NCBI GenBank assembly: GCA_030646995.1
Contig: JAUSKF010000004.1
Location: 20,404 to 84,403, forward strand
Reading direction: 5' to 3'
Source: a bacterium
Lineage (GTDB): Bacteria; Patescibacteriota; Minisyncoccia; UBA6257; WO2-44-18
Length of the DNA: 64,000 nucleotides
Shown here: piece after piece, positions 10,308 through 20,207 of the stretch
How the letters are laid out: each line of letters begins with the position of its first letter
Numbering within the stretch: position 1 is the stretch's first letter
Made by a program: the position numbers and the translations under genes
Notes under the pieces: generated by a model
What the model saw: only the letters and a program-made list of their open reading frames with translations
Database searches by the model: none
Told to the model about the DNA's origin: nothing

Positions 10308-11936
10308 ATGTCCTTAAAAGAAGAAATTAAATCATTTTTCAAAGGGGAAGTTTTTGACGACAACTCAACTCTAGAAAAATACAGCCGGGATGCCAGCTTA
10401 TTTGTGGTAAAACCGGCGATTGTAGCCGTTCCCCAGAACACGGAAGACATTAAAAATCTTGTAAAATTCGCGGGAAAGCATAAAAAGGAAAAGATTTCCC
10501 TTACCCCCCGTTCAGGTGGTACTTGCATGACCGGCGGCCCGCTTAGCGAATCGGTCATAGTGGACGTGAATCAACACCTCAATCACATAAAAGAGGTGGG
10601 CAATGGCTATGCAGTCACTGAACCAGGAGCTTTTTACCGTGATTTTGAAAAGGCCACTCTGGCGAAAGGGTGGATTTTGCCGTGCTATCCGGCATCCCGA
10701 GAAATTTGCACTGTTGGCGGAATGGTAGGCAATAACGCCGGCGGAGAAAAAACCTTAGCGTATGGGAAAACTGAAAAATACGTTGAAGAGCTAAAAGTAA
10801 TCTTGCGGGATGGCAACGAATACACTGTGAAGCCCCTTGCCGGAATAGAGCTGAAAAAAAAGCTGGACTCAAAAACAATCGAGGGGAAAATCTATAAAGA
10901 AATTTTTACTTTAATAGATAAAAATTATGAGCTTTTGCAGGCCGCAAAACCTAAGGTTTCAAAAAATTCCTCCGGATATTATCTTTGGAATGTTTGGGAT
11001 AAAAAAACCTTTGATCTGACTAAGCTTTTGGTCGGCTCCCAAGGCACTCTCGGCATCACTACTGAAATCAAATTCCGGCTCGTCAAACCAAAACCGCACA
11101 CTAAAATGCTGGCGATATTTTTGAAAGACTTGAAGCCGCTCGCTAAAATTATAAATATTGTACTTTCCTACAAGCCGGAAAGCTTTGAATCCTACGACGA
11201 CAACACTCTAAAATTAGCCATCCGATATCTACCGGACTTCATCAAGCTAATGAAAACTAATCTATTTTCTCTGGCATGGAGCTTCTTGCCGGAATTTTGG
11301 ACCGCCATTACCGGCGGTATACCAAAATTGATTCTAATTGCTGAATTCGCCGGTGATTCGGAGGAGGACGTGACACGTCGCGCCACTAATGCCAGAACTG
11401 CCCTCAAAGAATTTTCTGTGCGCTCCAGAATCACAAAAAGCGACAAGGAATCGAAAAAGTATTGGGTAATCAGACGGGAAAGCTTTAATTTGCTTCGTCA
11501 TCACATCAAAGGTAAACATACGGCTCCGTTTATAGACGATATGACCGTCCGCCCCGAACAGCTTCCGGAATTTCTGCCGCAATTAAACGAAATAATGGCC
11601 CAATACAAGCTGGTTTATACGGTCGCCGGCCACATTGGCGACGGCAATTTCCATATTATTCCATTGATGGACATGACCAATCCGGAGTCCAGAAAAATTA
11701 TTCCGGAGCTGTCCGAGAAGGTTTATGATTTAGTATTCAAATTTCACGGCTCAATGAGCGGTGAGCACAACGACGGCTTGATCCGCACGCCTTTTCTGGA
11801 AAAAATGTACGGCAAAAAGGTGATGGCATTATTCAGAAAAACCAAAAAGATATTCGACCCGGACAATCTATTTAACCCGGGCAAAAAAGTAGATGTTAGT
11901 ATAGAATATTCTATGGGACACCTAGCGGAGAAATAG
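10308..11936 (+). CDS. FAD-linked oxidoreductase (GlcD/D-lactate dehydrogenase family)
   Basis: PRSGGT, GGMVGNNAGG, GSQGTLG, GHIGDGNFH, GEHNDG, FDP-NLFNPGK. Confidence 0.9.
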   Translation: MSLKEEIKSFFKGEVFDDNSTLEKYSRDASLFVVKPAIVAVPQNTEDIKNLVKFAGKHKKEKISLTPRSGGTCMTGGPLSESVIVDVNQHLNHIKEVGNGYAVTEPGAFYRDFEKATLAKGWILPCYPASREICTVGGMVGNNAGGEKTLAYGKTEKYVEELKVILRDGNEYTVKPLAGIELKKKLDSKTIEGKIYKEIFTLIDKNYELLQAAKPKVSKNSSGYYLWNVWDKKTFDLTKLLVGSQGTLGITTEIKFRLVKPKPHTKMLAIFLKDLKPLAKIINIVLSYKPESFESYDDNTLKLAIRYLPDFIKLMKTNLFSLAWSFLPEFWTAITGGIPKLILIAEFAGDSEEDVTRRATNARTALKEFSVRSRITKSDKESKKYWVIRRESFNLLRHHIKGKHTAPFIDDMTVRPEQLPEFLPQLNEIMAQYKLVYTVAGHIGDGNFHIIPLMDMTNPESRKIIPELSEKVYDLVFKFHGSMSGEHNDGLIRTPFLEKMYGKKVMALFRKTKKIFDPDNLFNPGKKVDVSIEYSMGHLAEK

Positions 11937-11937
11937 C

Positions 11938-12405
11938 ATGTTGAAAAAATACTATATGCACTTCCTCGAAAAACTTGACCGGCAAATAATCTCCAAAATC
12001 AGCGCCGCCTTCCCTTTTGTGGCGCGCCTCGCATTATTTGTGGTTTTTTTCGGATTTGGTGCCCTAAAGCTCTTTGATGCAAGTCCGGCTAATCCACTGG
12101 TTGAAAACTTACTACACAACACCCTCCCTTTCATTGGATTTAACGAATTCATAATCGGTCTCGGAATCTTTGAGATGCTAATCGGAATCTGTTTCGCCAT
12201 TCCTCGCCTAGAGAGGCTGGCAATCCTGCTTTTGGTGCCGCACATGATTACTACCGGAATGCCGCTATTTCTCCTGCCTGAAATTGCCTGGAGCTCTTTC
12301 CTTGTTCCAACTCTTGAGGGGCAGTACATAATAAAAAACTTGGTAATTATCGCTCTCGCGATGGGCATCGCCAGCCAACTAAAACCGATTCACTTTAAGA
12401 AATAG
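11938..12405 (+). CDS. DoxX-like membrane protein
   Basis: RLALFVVF-GFGALK, GIFE, TLEGQYIIKN. Confidence 0.7.
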   Translation: MLKKYYMHFLEKLDRQIISKISAAFPFVARLALFVVFFGFGALKLFDASPANPLVENLLHNTLPFIGFNEFIIGLGIFEMLIGICFAIPRLERLAILLLVPHMITTGMPLFLLPEIAWSSFLVPTLEGQYIIKNLVIIALAMGIASQLKPIHFKK

Positions 12406-12505
12406 TCTAATCCCCCATTCACGCTAGAATGAGGGATTTTTTTATGGCTTTGTGTTACGTGTACCAGACTTATAAAATTAGAGATAAAATGGTATAGTTA
12501 TTAGA

Positions 12506-12982
12506 ATGGAAGCAAAGACCTCCCCGAAAGATGTATTCCTACACCTCCTATCAATTGTTTCGCTATATACGAGCGGAATCGCTTTTTTAGTGCTGATTTT
12601 CCAATATGTGAATGTGCTCTTCCCCGATGCCGTAGCTGGAGATAATTATTATCAACTAGAGTCCGCTTATCGGATGATTCGATGGTCTATTTCTTCTCTA
12701 ATTATAGTTTTCCCGACCTATATTATCGCCACCTGGTTTTTGAATAAATCCTACGACAAAACTCCCGCCAAGAAAAAAATCTGGGTCCGAAAGTGGCTAG
12801 TCTATTTCACGCTCTTTGTCGCCGCGCTGATTATCATCGGCGACTTAGTAAGTCTGATTAACAATCTTCTCAACGGTGAATTAACGATGCGCTTCTTATT
12901 GAAGGTACTGGCTGTATTCTTTGTATCCGGAAATGTTTTTTATTACTACATCTGGGAGTTAAAACATAAAAAAGCTGAGTAA
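12506..12982 (+). CDS. Membrane protein (DUF5671-like)
   Basis: PKDVFLHL, RKWLVYFTLF, L-GELT-RF; 4 TM. Confidence 0.7.
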   Translation: MEAKTSPKDVFLHLLSIVSLYTSGIAFLVLIFQYVNVLFPDAVAGDNYYQLESAYRMIRWSISSLIIVFPTYIIATWFLNKSYDKTPAKKKIWVRKWLVYFTLFVAALIIIGDLVSLINNLLNGELTMRFLLKVLAVFFVSGNVFYYYIWELKHKKAE

Positions 12983-13455
12983 TGAAATACTACGTTTATA
13001 CAATTATCGCAATTGTCGCGACATCGGTAGTAGCCGGTTTCTTTATCGTCGGCTCACCAAAAACTGCCCGCCTTTTCGAGCAAGACAATCAACGGCTCTC
13101 CAGTCTTCAAATGATTCAATCGGAAATAATTAATTTTTGGATTAACAAAGCAAGATTGCCGAAGATGCTTTCTGAATTAGAAGACGATATCCGCGGCGTG
13201 CGCATCCCGAGCGACCCCGAAACCGGCGCGCCTTATACCTACACCGTCACGGGAGCGGAAAGCTTTAAATTATGCGCCGTATTTGCAAAGCCAAGTCTAA
13301 TTTCAACCCGTTCAAATATTAGCCCGAAGCCTATACCGGCAATGTACTACGCAGAGCCGTACGCGCAAGATAATTGGCAACATGGCGAAGGAGAAGTTTG
13401 CTTTGATAGAACTATCGATAAGGAGATATACCGCCCGACCCCAATCAAGAAGTAG
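12982..13455 (+). CDS. Membrane-anchored protein with pilin/GspG-like DPETG-Y-Y motif
   Basis: N-terminal TM, GSP, DPETGAPYTY, LCAVF, W-H-G-CF; translationally coupled to the previous gene. Confidence 0.65.
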   Translation: MKYYVYTIIAIVATSVVAGFFIVGSPKTARLFEQDNQRLSSLQMIQSEIINFWINKARLPKMLSELEDDIRGVRIPSDPETGAPYTYTVTGAESFKLCAVFAKPSLISTRSNISPKPIPAMYYAEPYAQDNWQHGEGEVCFDRTIDKEIYRPTPIKK

Positions 13456-13459
13456 CTCG

Positions 13460-13662
13460 GCTACTTTTTGCTCTCTTACAAAAGGCTTGTTCGTATTGCT
13501 TCTCGGACACAGAATAGCCCCACTCCAACGGTGGGGCTTTCTTCTCTCTCGGCGGTTAATCGTTCGTAAAATAATAACGAACGAACCAAGCTTAACCGCC
13601 TCCGAGATGTTCCTTAAAGCAACACGACCAAGCCCCAAGACACCAAGAGAACAAAAAGTAGC
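13460..13662 (-). ncRNA. Structured repeat element family A, copy 1 (core 13496-13622)
   Basis: Shares conserved core and covarying stems with copies at 34006, 48421, 48568 and 49428. Confidence 0.6.
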
Positions 13663-13685
13663 CTCACTCATGTTGGGAGGCGTAG

Positions 13686-14462
13686 TTATTTTTTTGCGAA
13701 CAGCGATAACAGAAATACGGCCGCGCTGGATAAGACTACCAACGGCCCGGGGGGGAGATTGAAAGTAAACGCCAATAGAATGCCACCCAAGGCACTGACC
13801 GATCCTAGTATTACGCTCATAAAGCCATAGGTGCTGAAATTTTTCGCGATATTCTTTGAAGCAGCAGCCGGAATAACAACCAGCGCGCCCATTAATAAAG
13901 TTCCTACTACCTTCACGCCCAACGCCACAACCACCGCCACCAACGCCATAAACACAAAATTCCAGACACGCGTGTTAATTCCTTGGGACCGGGCGAGATC
14001 CGACGAAACTATGTCTAATAAAATCCGGCGACGAATTGCAAAAGTTGCCACCAGAACCACCAGCGACAAAACGACTCCCAAAATTGCGTCCATCAAATTA
14101 ACCTTGCTAATATCGCCGAACAACGACTCCAGTAATTCCGGCTCCGGAGTCACCAAGATGCCGACTGCCAGCGCCACGGCGAAAATAATACCCACAATCG
14201 CTTCGGCGGGAATATCCGTTTTCTCTTCTAGTTTCCAAACTAAGAATACTCCTACCGCCAAGGCAGAAAACGCCCCCAAGAAGGGATTTATACCATAAGT
14301 AAGGGCAATGCCAATGCCGGGCAGGGCAACGTGCGATAATGCATCCCCCACTAATGCCATGCGCTTCAAGACCATCAAAGAACCAAGGTAAGCCGAAGCC
14401 GCCCCCACAAATACACCCACTAAAATACTGGCGATTAAATTAGAATCAATGTTGGTGCTCAT
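13686..14462 (-). CDS. znuB: Metal (Zn/Mn) ABC transporter permease
   Basis: ALVGDALSHVALPG, LFGDI, VGTLL-GAL-VIPAA. Confidence 0.85.
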   Translation of the reverse strand: MSTNIDSNLIASILVGVFVGAASAYLGSLMVLKRMALVGDALSHVALPGIGIALTYGINPFLGAFSALAVGVFLVWKLEEKTDIPAEAIVGIIFAVALAVGILVTPEPELLESLFGDISKVNLMDAILGVVLSLVVLVATFAIRRRILLDIVSSDLARSQGINTRVWNFVFMALVAVVVALGVKVVGTLLMGALVVIPAAASKNIAKNFSTYGFMSVILGSVSALGGILLAFTFNLPPGPLVVLSSAAVFLLSLFAKK

Positions 14463-15168
14463 GTGGGTAAATTCCTATCTGCGATCCGTACAACTCTTCC
14501 AAAATTTTCGGATTCAAAGCCTCTTTCGGCGAACCGAAACAAACTTTCTCTTTATTCAAACACAAAACTTTCTCGGCATAACGATATACGATATTAAAAT
14601 CATGGGTAATCAAAATAATAGTGAGGCCATGCTCGCGGTGCAGCTTCCCAAGTAGATTATAGATTGTCTCTTCGCCGCCAATATCAATGCCGGTGGTCGG
14701 CTCATCAAAAAGTAAAACGTCGGGGTGATTCATTAAAGCATAAGCTATCATCACCCTCTGAAATTGACCTCCCGATAGCTCACCAATGCGCGCGCCCAGA
14801 ACATGCCTCCGGAAATGATGTTGATCGGCAGACTCTCCGCGGCGCATTCCCACAGATTCTAAGGCTTCATAAATTTCCGCTTCTGAAGCTCCCTTCAAGC
14901 GCAAAAAATCCAATACACTCATCGGCAAATCCCTATCAATGGATAGCTTTTGAGGCACGTATCCCACCTTTACATTCGGCATCCAATCAATTTTTCCTTC
15001 ATATGGTAAAATACCCAAAAGCGCCCGGAAGAATACGGTCTTTCCGGCTCCATTCGGACCGATTACCGCGACTACTTCTCCCTTTGTTACCTCCAGAGAG
15101 AGATTACTAATCACCGGCTCGCCCCCAAAAACTACCCGTAGATCTTGAACTTTAAGTATTGCAGGCAT
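14446..15168 (-). CDS. znuC: Metal (Zn/Mn) ABC transporter ATPase
   Basis: GPNGAGKT, GYVPQ, LSGGQFQR, DEPT, THD, C-terminal His. Confidence 0.85.
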   Translation of the reverse strand: MPAILKVQDLRVVFGGEPVISNLSLEVTKGEVVAVIGPNGAGKTVFFRALLGILPYEGKIDWMPNVKVGYVPQKLSIDRDLPMSVLDFLRLKGASEAEIYEALESVGMRRGESADQHHFRRHVLGARIGELSGGQFQRVMIAYALMNHPDVLLFDEPTTGIDIGGEETIYNLLGKLHREHGLTIILITHDFNIVYRYAEKVLCLNKEKVCFGSPKEALNPKILEELYGSQIGIYPHEHQH

Positions 15169-15215
15169 AAATAAGTCATTGCTTTCAGTATAACTAAGAT
15201 ATGGTAAAATAAACA

Positions 15216-15480
15216 GTAATGACTGAACGCCCTTTTTCCCAATTGATAAGAGAAATTTTTACTCAAGCCCGAGGCTTGTTTATGCCGTCATATAAACATA
15301 TGACCAATAAACTTAACAAAGGGATTGATAAAAATTTCCTTACCCTTCCGGGAGGCGCGACTATAGCCGATTTCTTTGTCGCTCTTCTTCAGCGTAGAGT
15401 CTACGCTTTCATCGTCGCTTCGCGAAATCTAGGCTATAGTCGTAGCCTTCAATTGGAAAAGGAGGGTATTTAGTCATTAC
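15216..15480 (+). ncRNA. 265-nt structured repeat family B, copy 1 (leader of LOG gene)
   Basis: Same length as and homologous to 23720-23984; terminal inverted repeats with compensatory changes. Confidence 0.65.
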
Positions 15481-15484
15481 CAAA

Positions 15485-16231
15485 ATGAAAAAAAATAAAA
15501 AACAAGATAAGCCCGTTCGGCAAGCTCAGAGCGAGAAAGATAAATTATTGGTTCCGGCGAAAGAATTGCCGATCCATCTCCACCCGAAAGATTGGCGTCA
15601 TTCTTTCCACTGGCGCATCTTCCGCATTATGGCGGAATTTGTGGACGGCTTTCAATTTTTAGCTGACCTAAAGAATACGGTTACTTTTTTCGGCTCTGCC
15701 CGCCTCAATGAAGGAACCCGCTGGTATGAAGTGGCTCGAGAGCTCAGCAAAATGCTCGCTAAGGCCAAATTTGGCGTAATTACAGGAGGCGGACCGGGTA
15801 TTATGGAAGCCGGTAACCGCGGCGCTTTTGAGGGTAAGGGCGACTCTATCGGAATCAACATCCAACTGCCTTTTGAGCAACGCATCAACGAATATGTAAC
15901 TAAAAGTCATGGTTTCTATTATTTCTTCACCAGAAAAATAATGCTCTCTTTCGCTTCGCAGGCTTATGTTTATTTTCCCGGTGGATTCGGAACTTTAGAT
16001 GAGCTTTTTGAAATCTTAACTTTAGTTCAAACAAAAAAGATTTATGACAAAATTCCGATAATTTTGGTAGGAAAAGAATTCTGGGGAGATATCGATAAAT
16101 GGATGCGCGAGAAACTCCTCTTGCAGCACAAGACAATCGATGCCGAAGATCTGGAGCTCTACACGATTGTAGATACCGCGAAAGAGGCTTTCGAGATAAT
16201 TAAGAAATCTAAACCCCGCGAAGAATTCTAA
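15485..16231 (+). CDS. LOG family protein (TIGR00730-like)
   Basis: WRIFRIMAEF, FGSAR, TGGGPGIMEA, PGGFGTLDE. Confidence 0.9.
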   Translation: MKKNKKQDKPVRQAQSEKDKLLVPAKELPIHLHPKDWRHSFHWRIFRIMAEFVDGFQFLADLKNTVTFFGSARLNEGTRWYEVARELSKMLAKAKFGVITGGGPGIMEAGNRGAFEGKGDSIGINIQLPFEQRINEYVTKSHGFYYFFTRKIMLSFASQAYVYFPGGFGTLDELFEILTLVQTKKIYDKIPIILVGKEFWGDIDKWMREKLLLQHKTIDAEDLELYTIVDTAKEAFEIIKKSKPREEF

Positions 16232-16232
16232 T

Positions 16233-16263
16233 AAAAACCCCCTCTTTCGAGGGGGTTTTGTTT
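16233..16263. terminator. Bidirectional intrinsic terminator
   Basis: AAAAACCCCCTC-TTTC-GAGGGGGTTTTG between convergent genes. Confidence 0.75.
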
Positions 16264-17372
16264 TATTTCTTAATCTCTCCTTTGTAGCCTTCAGACTTTT
16301 CATAGCGCTCTTTGGCTTCATCTCCGCCAATAAACTGCTCGTAGGCCTGCCAAATCTTAGCGCCGCTCATTTCCTGCGAATCACCGACCGGATGGTTGCG
16401 CTGACGCTCATGAAGATCCCAAAGCACTTGCTGGCCATCCTCAGCCATTTGTACAAATCCCCTCCACGTAGCCTCCATATCGATACGCGCCTGAAGGATT
16501 GTGTGCCAAATCACCTTAAATCCAAGATCGCGCAGTTCGTTGAAGGTCGGGGGCAAACAATTGTGATTTTTTCGATAGTAACTCACCCAATCTTTATTGG
16601 GTGAGTAGTTGATACCCAAGATCATCTTCGGGTCATGCTTGAGCATTTCCGAAACCCAACGCTCAATCTGCTTTTTGCCAATCATAGCGTCCGCCCAAAG
16701 CACAGTTGGGCGCAAACCCCGATAATCCACATCCATGTAGCGCTTAGCTCGGTCGAGTGCGTTATCGATGCCACCGCCCACCGCTGTCAGAGCATCAGTG
16801 CGAACCATGAGACGCATCGAGGTACCGAGAGCTTTAGAAACATTCAACCAAGAACGAATCTTGGCAACCATCTTCTCTGGCGCGATACACTGCTTACCGC
16901 CAAGATTGCCACAGCGACGAGTCGCTTCAGAGTCCTGGTCTTCCATGTGAGCCAAACCCACACCCATCTGGTGATAAAGCTCGACCAATTCAGGAAGAGT
17001 TACCTCGGTTCCGAAGCCAGTTTCTGCGTCCACGATTGTTGGCAAGGGATAGGCCGATGAAACCGCATAACGAGCCATCAGGCTCATCATGGTGCGATCA
17101 TGAAATCCCATATCAGGACGGCGCCAATTCATTGCGCTGATTGACCAGCCACCGATGTAGACTCCATTGAAAACACAGGGTTGACTGACAGCCTTTCGCC
17201 TTAGCATGATTTCCTTGGCGATGTAGGCACCCATGGCGTTATAAACGCCAGGAGCAATAATACAGCCGTCGCGCTTGAGCGTGTTCATAAACACATCCCC
17301 AGGACGCTTGTGTCGGCACTGGAAAAGAACTTCGAAGTCCTTTTCCATGAAATCTTTGGATCCCATGGTCAA
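16263..17372 (-). CDS. Isocitrate lyase / PEP mutase superfamily enzyme
   Basis: APGVYN, IVDAETGFG, HMEDQ, RRCGNLGGK, RTDA. Confidence 0.85.
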   Translation of the reverse strand: MTMGSKDFMEKDFEVLFQCRHKRPGDVFMNTLKRDGCIIAPGVYNAMGAYIAKEIMLRRKAVSQPCVFNGVYIGGWSISAMNWRRPDMGFHDRTMMSLMARYAVSSAYPLPTIVDAETGFGTEVTLPELVELYHQMGVGLAHMEDQDSEATRRCGNLGGKQCIAPEKMVAKIRSWLNVSKALGTSMRLMVRTDALTAVGGGIDNALDRAKRYMDVDYRGLRPTVLWADAMIGKKQIERWVSEMLKHDPKMILGINYSPNKDWVSYYRKNHNCLPPTFNELRDLGFKVIWHTILQARIDMEATWRGFVQMAEDGQQVLWDLHERQRNHPVGDSQEMSGAKIWQAYEQFIGGDEAKERYEKSEGYKGEIKK

Positions 17373-17500
17373 CCTCTTAACTAATTAAGAACTGAGAATA
17401 TTCTAAACTTTTCCCTCCTGCAAATCAACTATAGTTCGGCCCTTCGACTAGCTCAGGGTAAACAGGCTCACTATAAATAAAAAATGACCCCTACTTGGGG

Positions 17501-17800
17501 TCATTGCTTAAATTTTATGCCGCATTCCGGACAATATTCGAAAGAGGATTTCTGATGACGACTATGGTCGGTCCGTTTGCAGAAAATTTTACAGAGAGAG
17601 CACCATCCTTCACAAGCCCTAATTAGGCTATGAAAGAAATTCGAGCAAACGCCATTCTCATCCGGCTCCCGCCATTGCTCTGTATCACTGCGCTCTTCCT
17701 CGGAAGGCGGATTTTTAGCTACCGGTAGAATCACTCCGCACATCCCACAAAAATTCGCTACCGAACCCATCTTATATCCGCAATTACCGCAAAGATTCAT
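17501..17800 (-). CDS. Zinc-ribbon Cys-rich protein
   Basis: CGNCG...FCGMCG and YCPECG motifs. Confidence 0.65.
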   Translation of the reverse strand: MNLCGNCGYKMGSVANFCGMCGVILPVAKNPPSEEERSDTEQWREPDENGVCSNFFHSLIRACEGWCSLCKIFCKRTDHSRHQKSSFEYCPECGIKFKQ

Positions 17801-17833
17801 GGCGACGCCCCCTTTTCTTATTCCGGCGATTTT

Positions 17834-18115
17834 CTAAAACCACCCCAACAAGTAGTCTTCCAATACGTGCACTACAATAGATAGCGACACACACAGCCAA
17901 AATACATAGTGGCGTATGGAGTACTCGATCCGGCCCGCCCCACAACATCGGCAAATGATCGATATCAATGAAGACAGCAGCCAGCCCAGCAAAAAGCCCA
18001 GCGCAAAGTGTGAAAGAAAAGCCATCACGGACCATTGCCAGCTCCAGATAGGATTTCTTAAGTCGGTAATAGGCGCTTTTAAGACCTTGAGCACATGATG
18101 TCCAGATGGCCACAT
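17834..18115 (-). CDS. Small hydrophobic hypothetical protein (reading frame ambiguous with 17784-18131)
   Basis: ATG 18115 has a GGGAGG SD; the overlapping alternative frame carries DIDH...LHTP. Confidence 0.4.
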   Translation of the reverse strand: MWPSGHHVLKVLKAPITDLRNPIWSWQWSVMAFLSHFALGFLLGWLLSSLISIICRCCGAGRIEYSIRHYVFWLCVSLSIVVHVLEDYLLGWF

Positions 18116-18160
18116 TCTGCCTCCCTCTCAATGTTCTAGAGTCAATTTAAACAAAATGCG

Positions 18161-19210
18161 CTAAGAAATCAAATACTTTTCCAAAAAGAAAAACACCAGG
18201 CCAAGCGCGCTAAAAATTGCGGAGATAATCCAAAAACGCATAGTAACTTTAGTTTCCGGCCAACCCAGGGCTTCAAAATGATGATGAATAGGGGCCGACA
18301 AAAAAACTTTCTTCCCACGAAACTTCTTACTAAGAACCTGCACGATAACAGAGAAAGATTCGAACACCATAACCGAAGCGAACAGCGGTAGTAGTAAAGT
18401 GGTGTTGGTCAGCATCGCGATTACGCCCATGGTTATTCCCAATGACATCGAACCGGTGTCTCCCATAAAAAAGCGGGCCGGATAGATATTGAACCATAAA
18501 AACGCGAGCAGGGCGCCGATGGTAACGCCGCTAAAAGCTGCCAAATCATAGCGACCGATGGCGAAGGCCACGACCGTAAGCGCCGAAAAAGCGAAAAGCA
18601 AAACCCCTCCAGCCAAACCATCCAAGCCATCAGTCTCATTGGCTGAAAAAGCGCTGGCTACGATAATAAATACGAATAGCGGTATATACCATAAGCCAAT
18701 TTCCAGATTTCCAACCAAAGGAATATGAAGAACGCTCCAATCCAATCGATAATAGAACCAAAGCGAACCAACTATCGCCAAGGTGAGATAGAGGACCAGT
18801 TTCTGAGTCATCCTCAATCCCCCTCCGTAGGGTCCAATCTTGAGAACCCCAAGTATGTCATCAGATAATCCTAAGATTGCCGCGATAAACATAGCCGCAA
18901 TCGGCAAATAAGTCTGAGCCCGATCCACGAAACTTAAATAGGTCCAGAATCCATCAAAAAGAAGATCGAGAATCAAAAAAAACATTGCTAAACCTAAGAC
19001 CGTAATCCAAATAATCGAGCCGCCCATCGTCGGCGTACCGGCTTTCTTGGCGTGTAAGCTGGAAAATATCGGAGCAGATTCACTGGAACGAATTTGTTTT
19101 GCGGCGTGAAATTTATAAAGCAGCTTGGAAATCAAGGGCGTTAAAGCCAATGCCACTAAAAATGACACTAGCGAAAGACCTATGACTCGGACTGCTTGAA
19201 GAACAATCAT
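18161..19210 (-). CDS. mraY: Phospho-N-acetylmuramoyl-pentapeptide transferase
   Basis: KAGTPTMGG, SDD, N-TDGLDGL, FMGDTGS, APIHHHFE. Confidence 0.96.
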   Translation of the reverse strand: MIVLQAVRVIGLSLVSFLVALALTPLISKLLYKFHAAKQIRSSESAPIFSSLHAKKAGTPTMGGSIIWITVLGLAMFFLILDLLFDGFWTYLSFVDRAQTYLPIAAMFIAAILGLSDDILGVLKIGPYGGGLRMTQKLVLYLTLAIVGSLWFYYRLDWSVLHIPLVGNLEIGLWYIPLFVFIIVASAFSANETDGLDGLAGGVLLFAFSALTVVAFAIGRYDLAAFSGVTIGALLAFLWFNIYPARFFMGDTGSMSLGITMGVIAMLTNTTLLLPLFASVMVFESFSVIVQVLSKKFRGKKVFLSAPIHHHFEALGWPETKVTMRFWIISAIFSALGLVFFFLEKYLIS

Positions 19211-19235
19211 TGGGGTGGTAATTAGTTGCTATTGA

Positions 19236-20153
19236 TTAATTATCGACTAGAAACCAGTCACTTAAAATCTCAGTATCTTCCGCCCGCTGTTTGCTTCCCA
19301 GAACGATGACCGCGAACGCGCGGTTGCGATAATTGAATAATGATACCAAGTTACCACCTGCCTCATCAATAAATCCGGTTTTCCCGCCGATAAAATTAGA
19401 ATATCCCGCAAAAGGATGGGTCGCGCCTTCGATTTTTTCTTGCGAGAGAGTTAATAGGTTTATATGTCTTGTGAATATATAATTCACAAGACGATTCAAA
19501 TCTTCTGCGGTGGTCAAATCCAGCGGCGAAAGTCCGCTTGAATCAAAGAATCGGGTATTAGACATTCCCATCTCCGATGCCTTTTTATTCATCATCGATA
19601 CAAAATTTTCTTTCCCGAAATGCTCTGCGATAGCTACTGCTGCGTCATTACTGGAAAAAACCATCATCACCCTCAAAAGATCCATAAGTGGATAAGATTT
19701 CCCGCTGACTAAATTACCGGCAGAACTTTCCGTGGCGATTGCAGCCGGGCTCACCTTAATAATCTGATCACTGCTTAAATTTTCGATCGCCACCACGGCC
19801 GTAACTAACTTGGCCAAAGAGGCGGCCGACCATTGTTTTTGAGAATTAAAACTAAACACCGGCTTAATAATTCCAATTTCTTGTACTAAGGCGGAAATTC
19901 CTGAAATGGAGGGGGTAAGAATTGCCGACTCTGTTACTTTCACTAATAAAGCGCCCCTCTTGGAAATCAGATCAGGAATAACGACCGCTTTGGCTAGTAT
20001 GTTATCTCGCGAGATAACACCTGATATTCTATCAGCCTGACGGATCTGCTCACGCTGACTGTGCCCGCGCGCGCCTCCGGCTAAAACCAAAATAAAAACC
20101 ACAATCGTAAAAAATAAACCGTGAAAATTATGCTCCTTGTGTTCCTTGGTCAT
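19236..20153 (-). CDS. D-alanyl-D-alanine carboxypeptidase (S11)
   Basis: ASLAK (SxxK), SSN, KTG. Confidence 0.85.
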   Translation of the reverse strand: MTKEHKEHNFHGLFFTIVVFILVLAGGARGHSQREQIRQADRISGVISRDNILAKAVVIPDLISKRGALLVKVTESAILTPSISGISALVQEIGIIKPVFSFNSQKQWSAASLAKLVTAVVAIENLSSDQIIKVSPAAIATESSAGNLVSGKSYPLMDLLRVMMVFSSNDAAVAIAEHFGKENFVSMMNKKASEMGMSNTRFFDSSGLSPLDLTTAEDLNRLVNYIFTRHINLLTLSQEKIEGATHPFAGYSNFIGGKTGFIDEAGGNLVSLFNYRNRAFAVIVLGSKQRAEDTEILSDWFLVDN

Positions 20154-20207
20154 TGTAGAATATTTTTATTATTTAAAGATTTAAATATTGAAACATAAAG
20201 CGTGGGT

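Noticed and set aside
13312-13762. ORFs over family A and B repeats (also 15219-15473, 23552-23977, 33950-34141, 48570-48782) that share peptide similarity
   Set aside because: The similarity comes from the DNA repeat. Copies differ in frame and length, and changes preserve base-pairing rather than codons.
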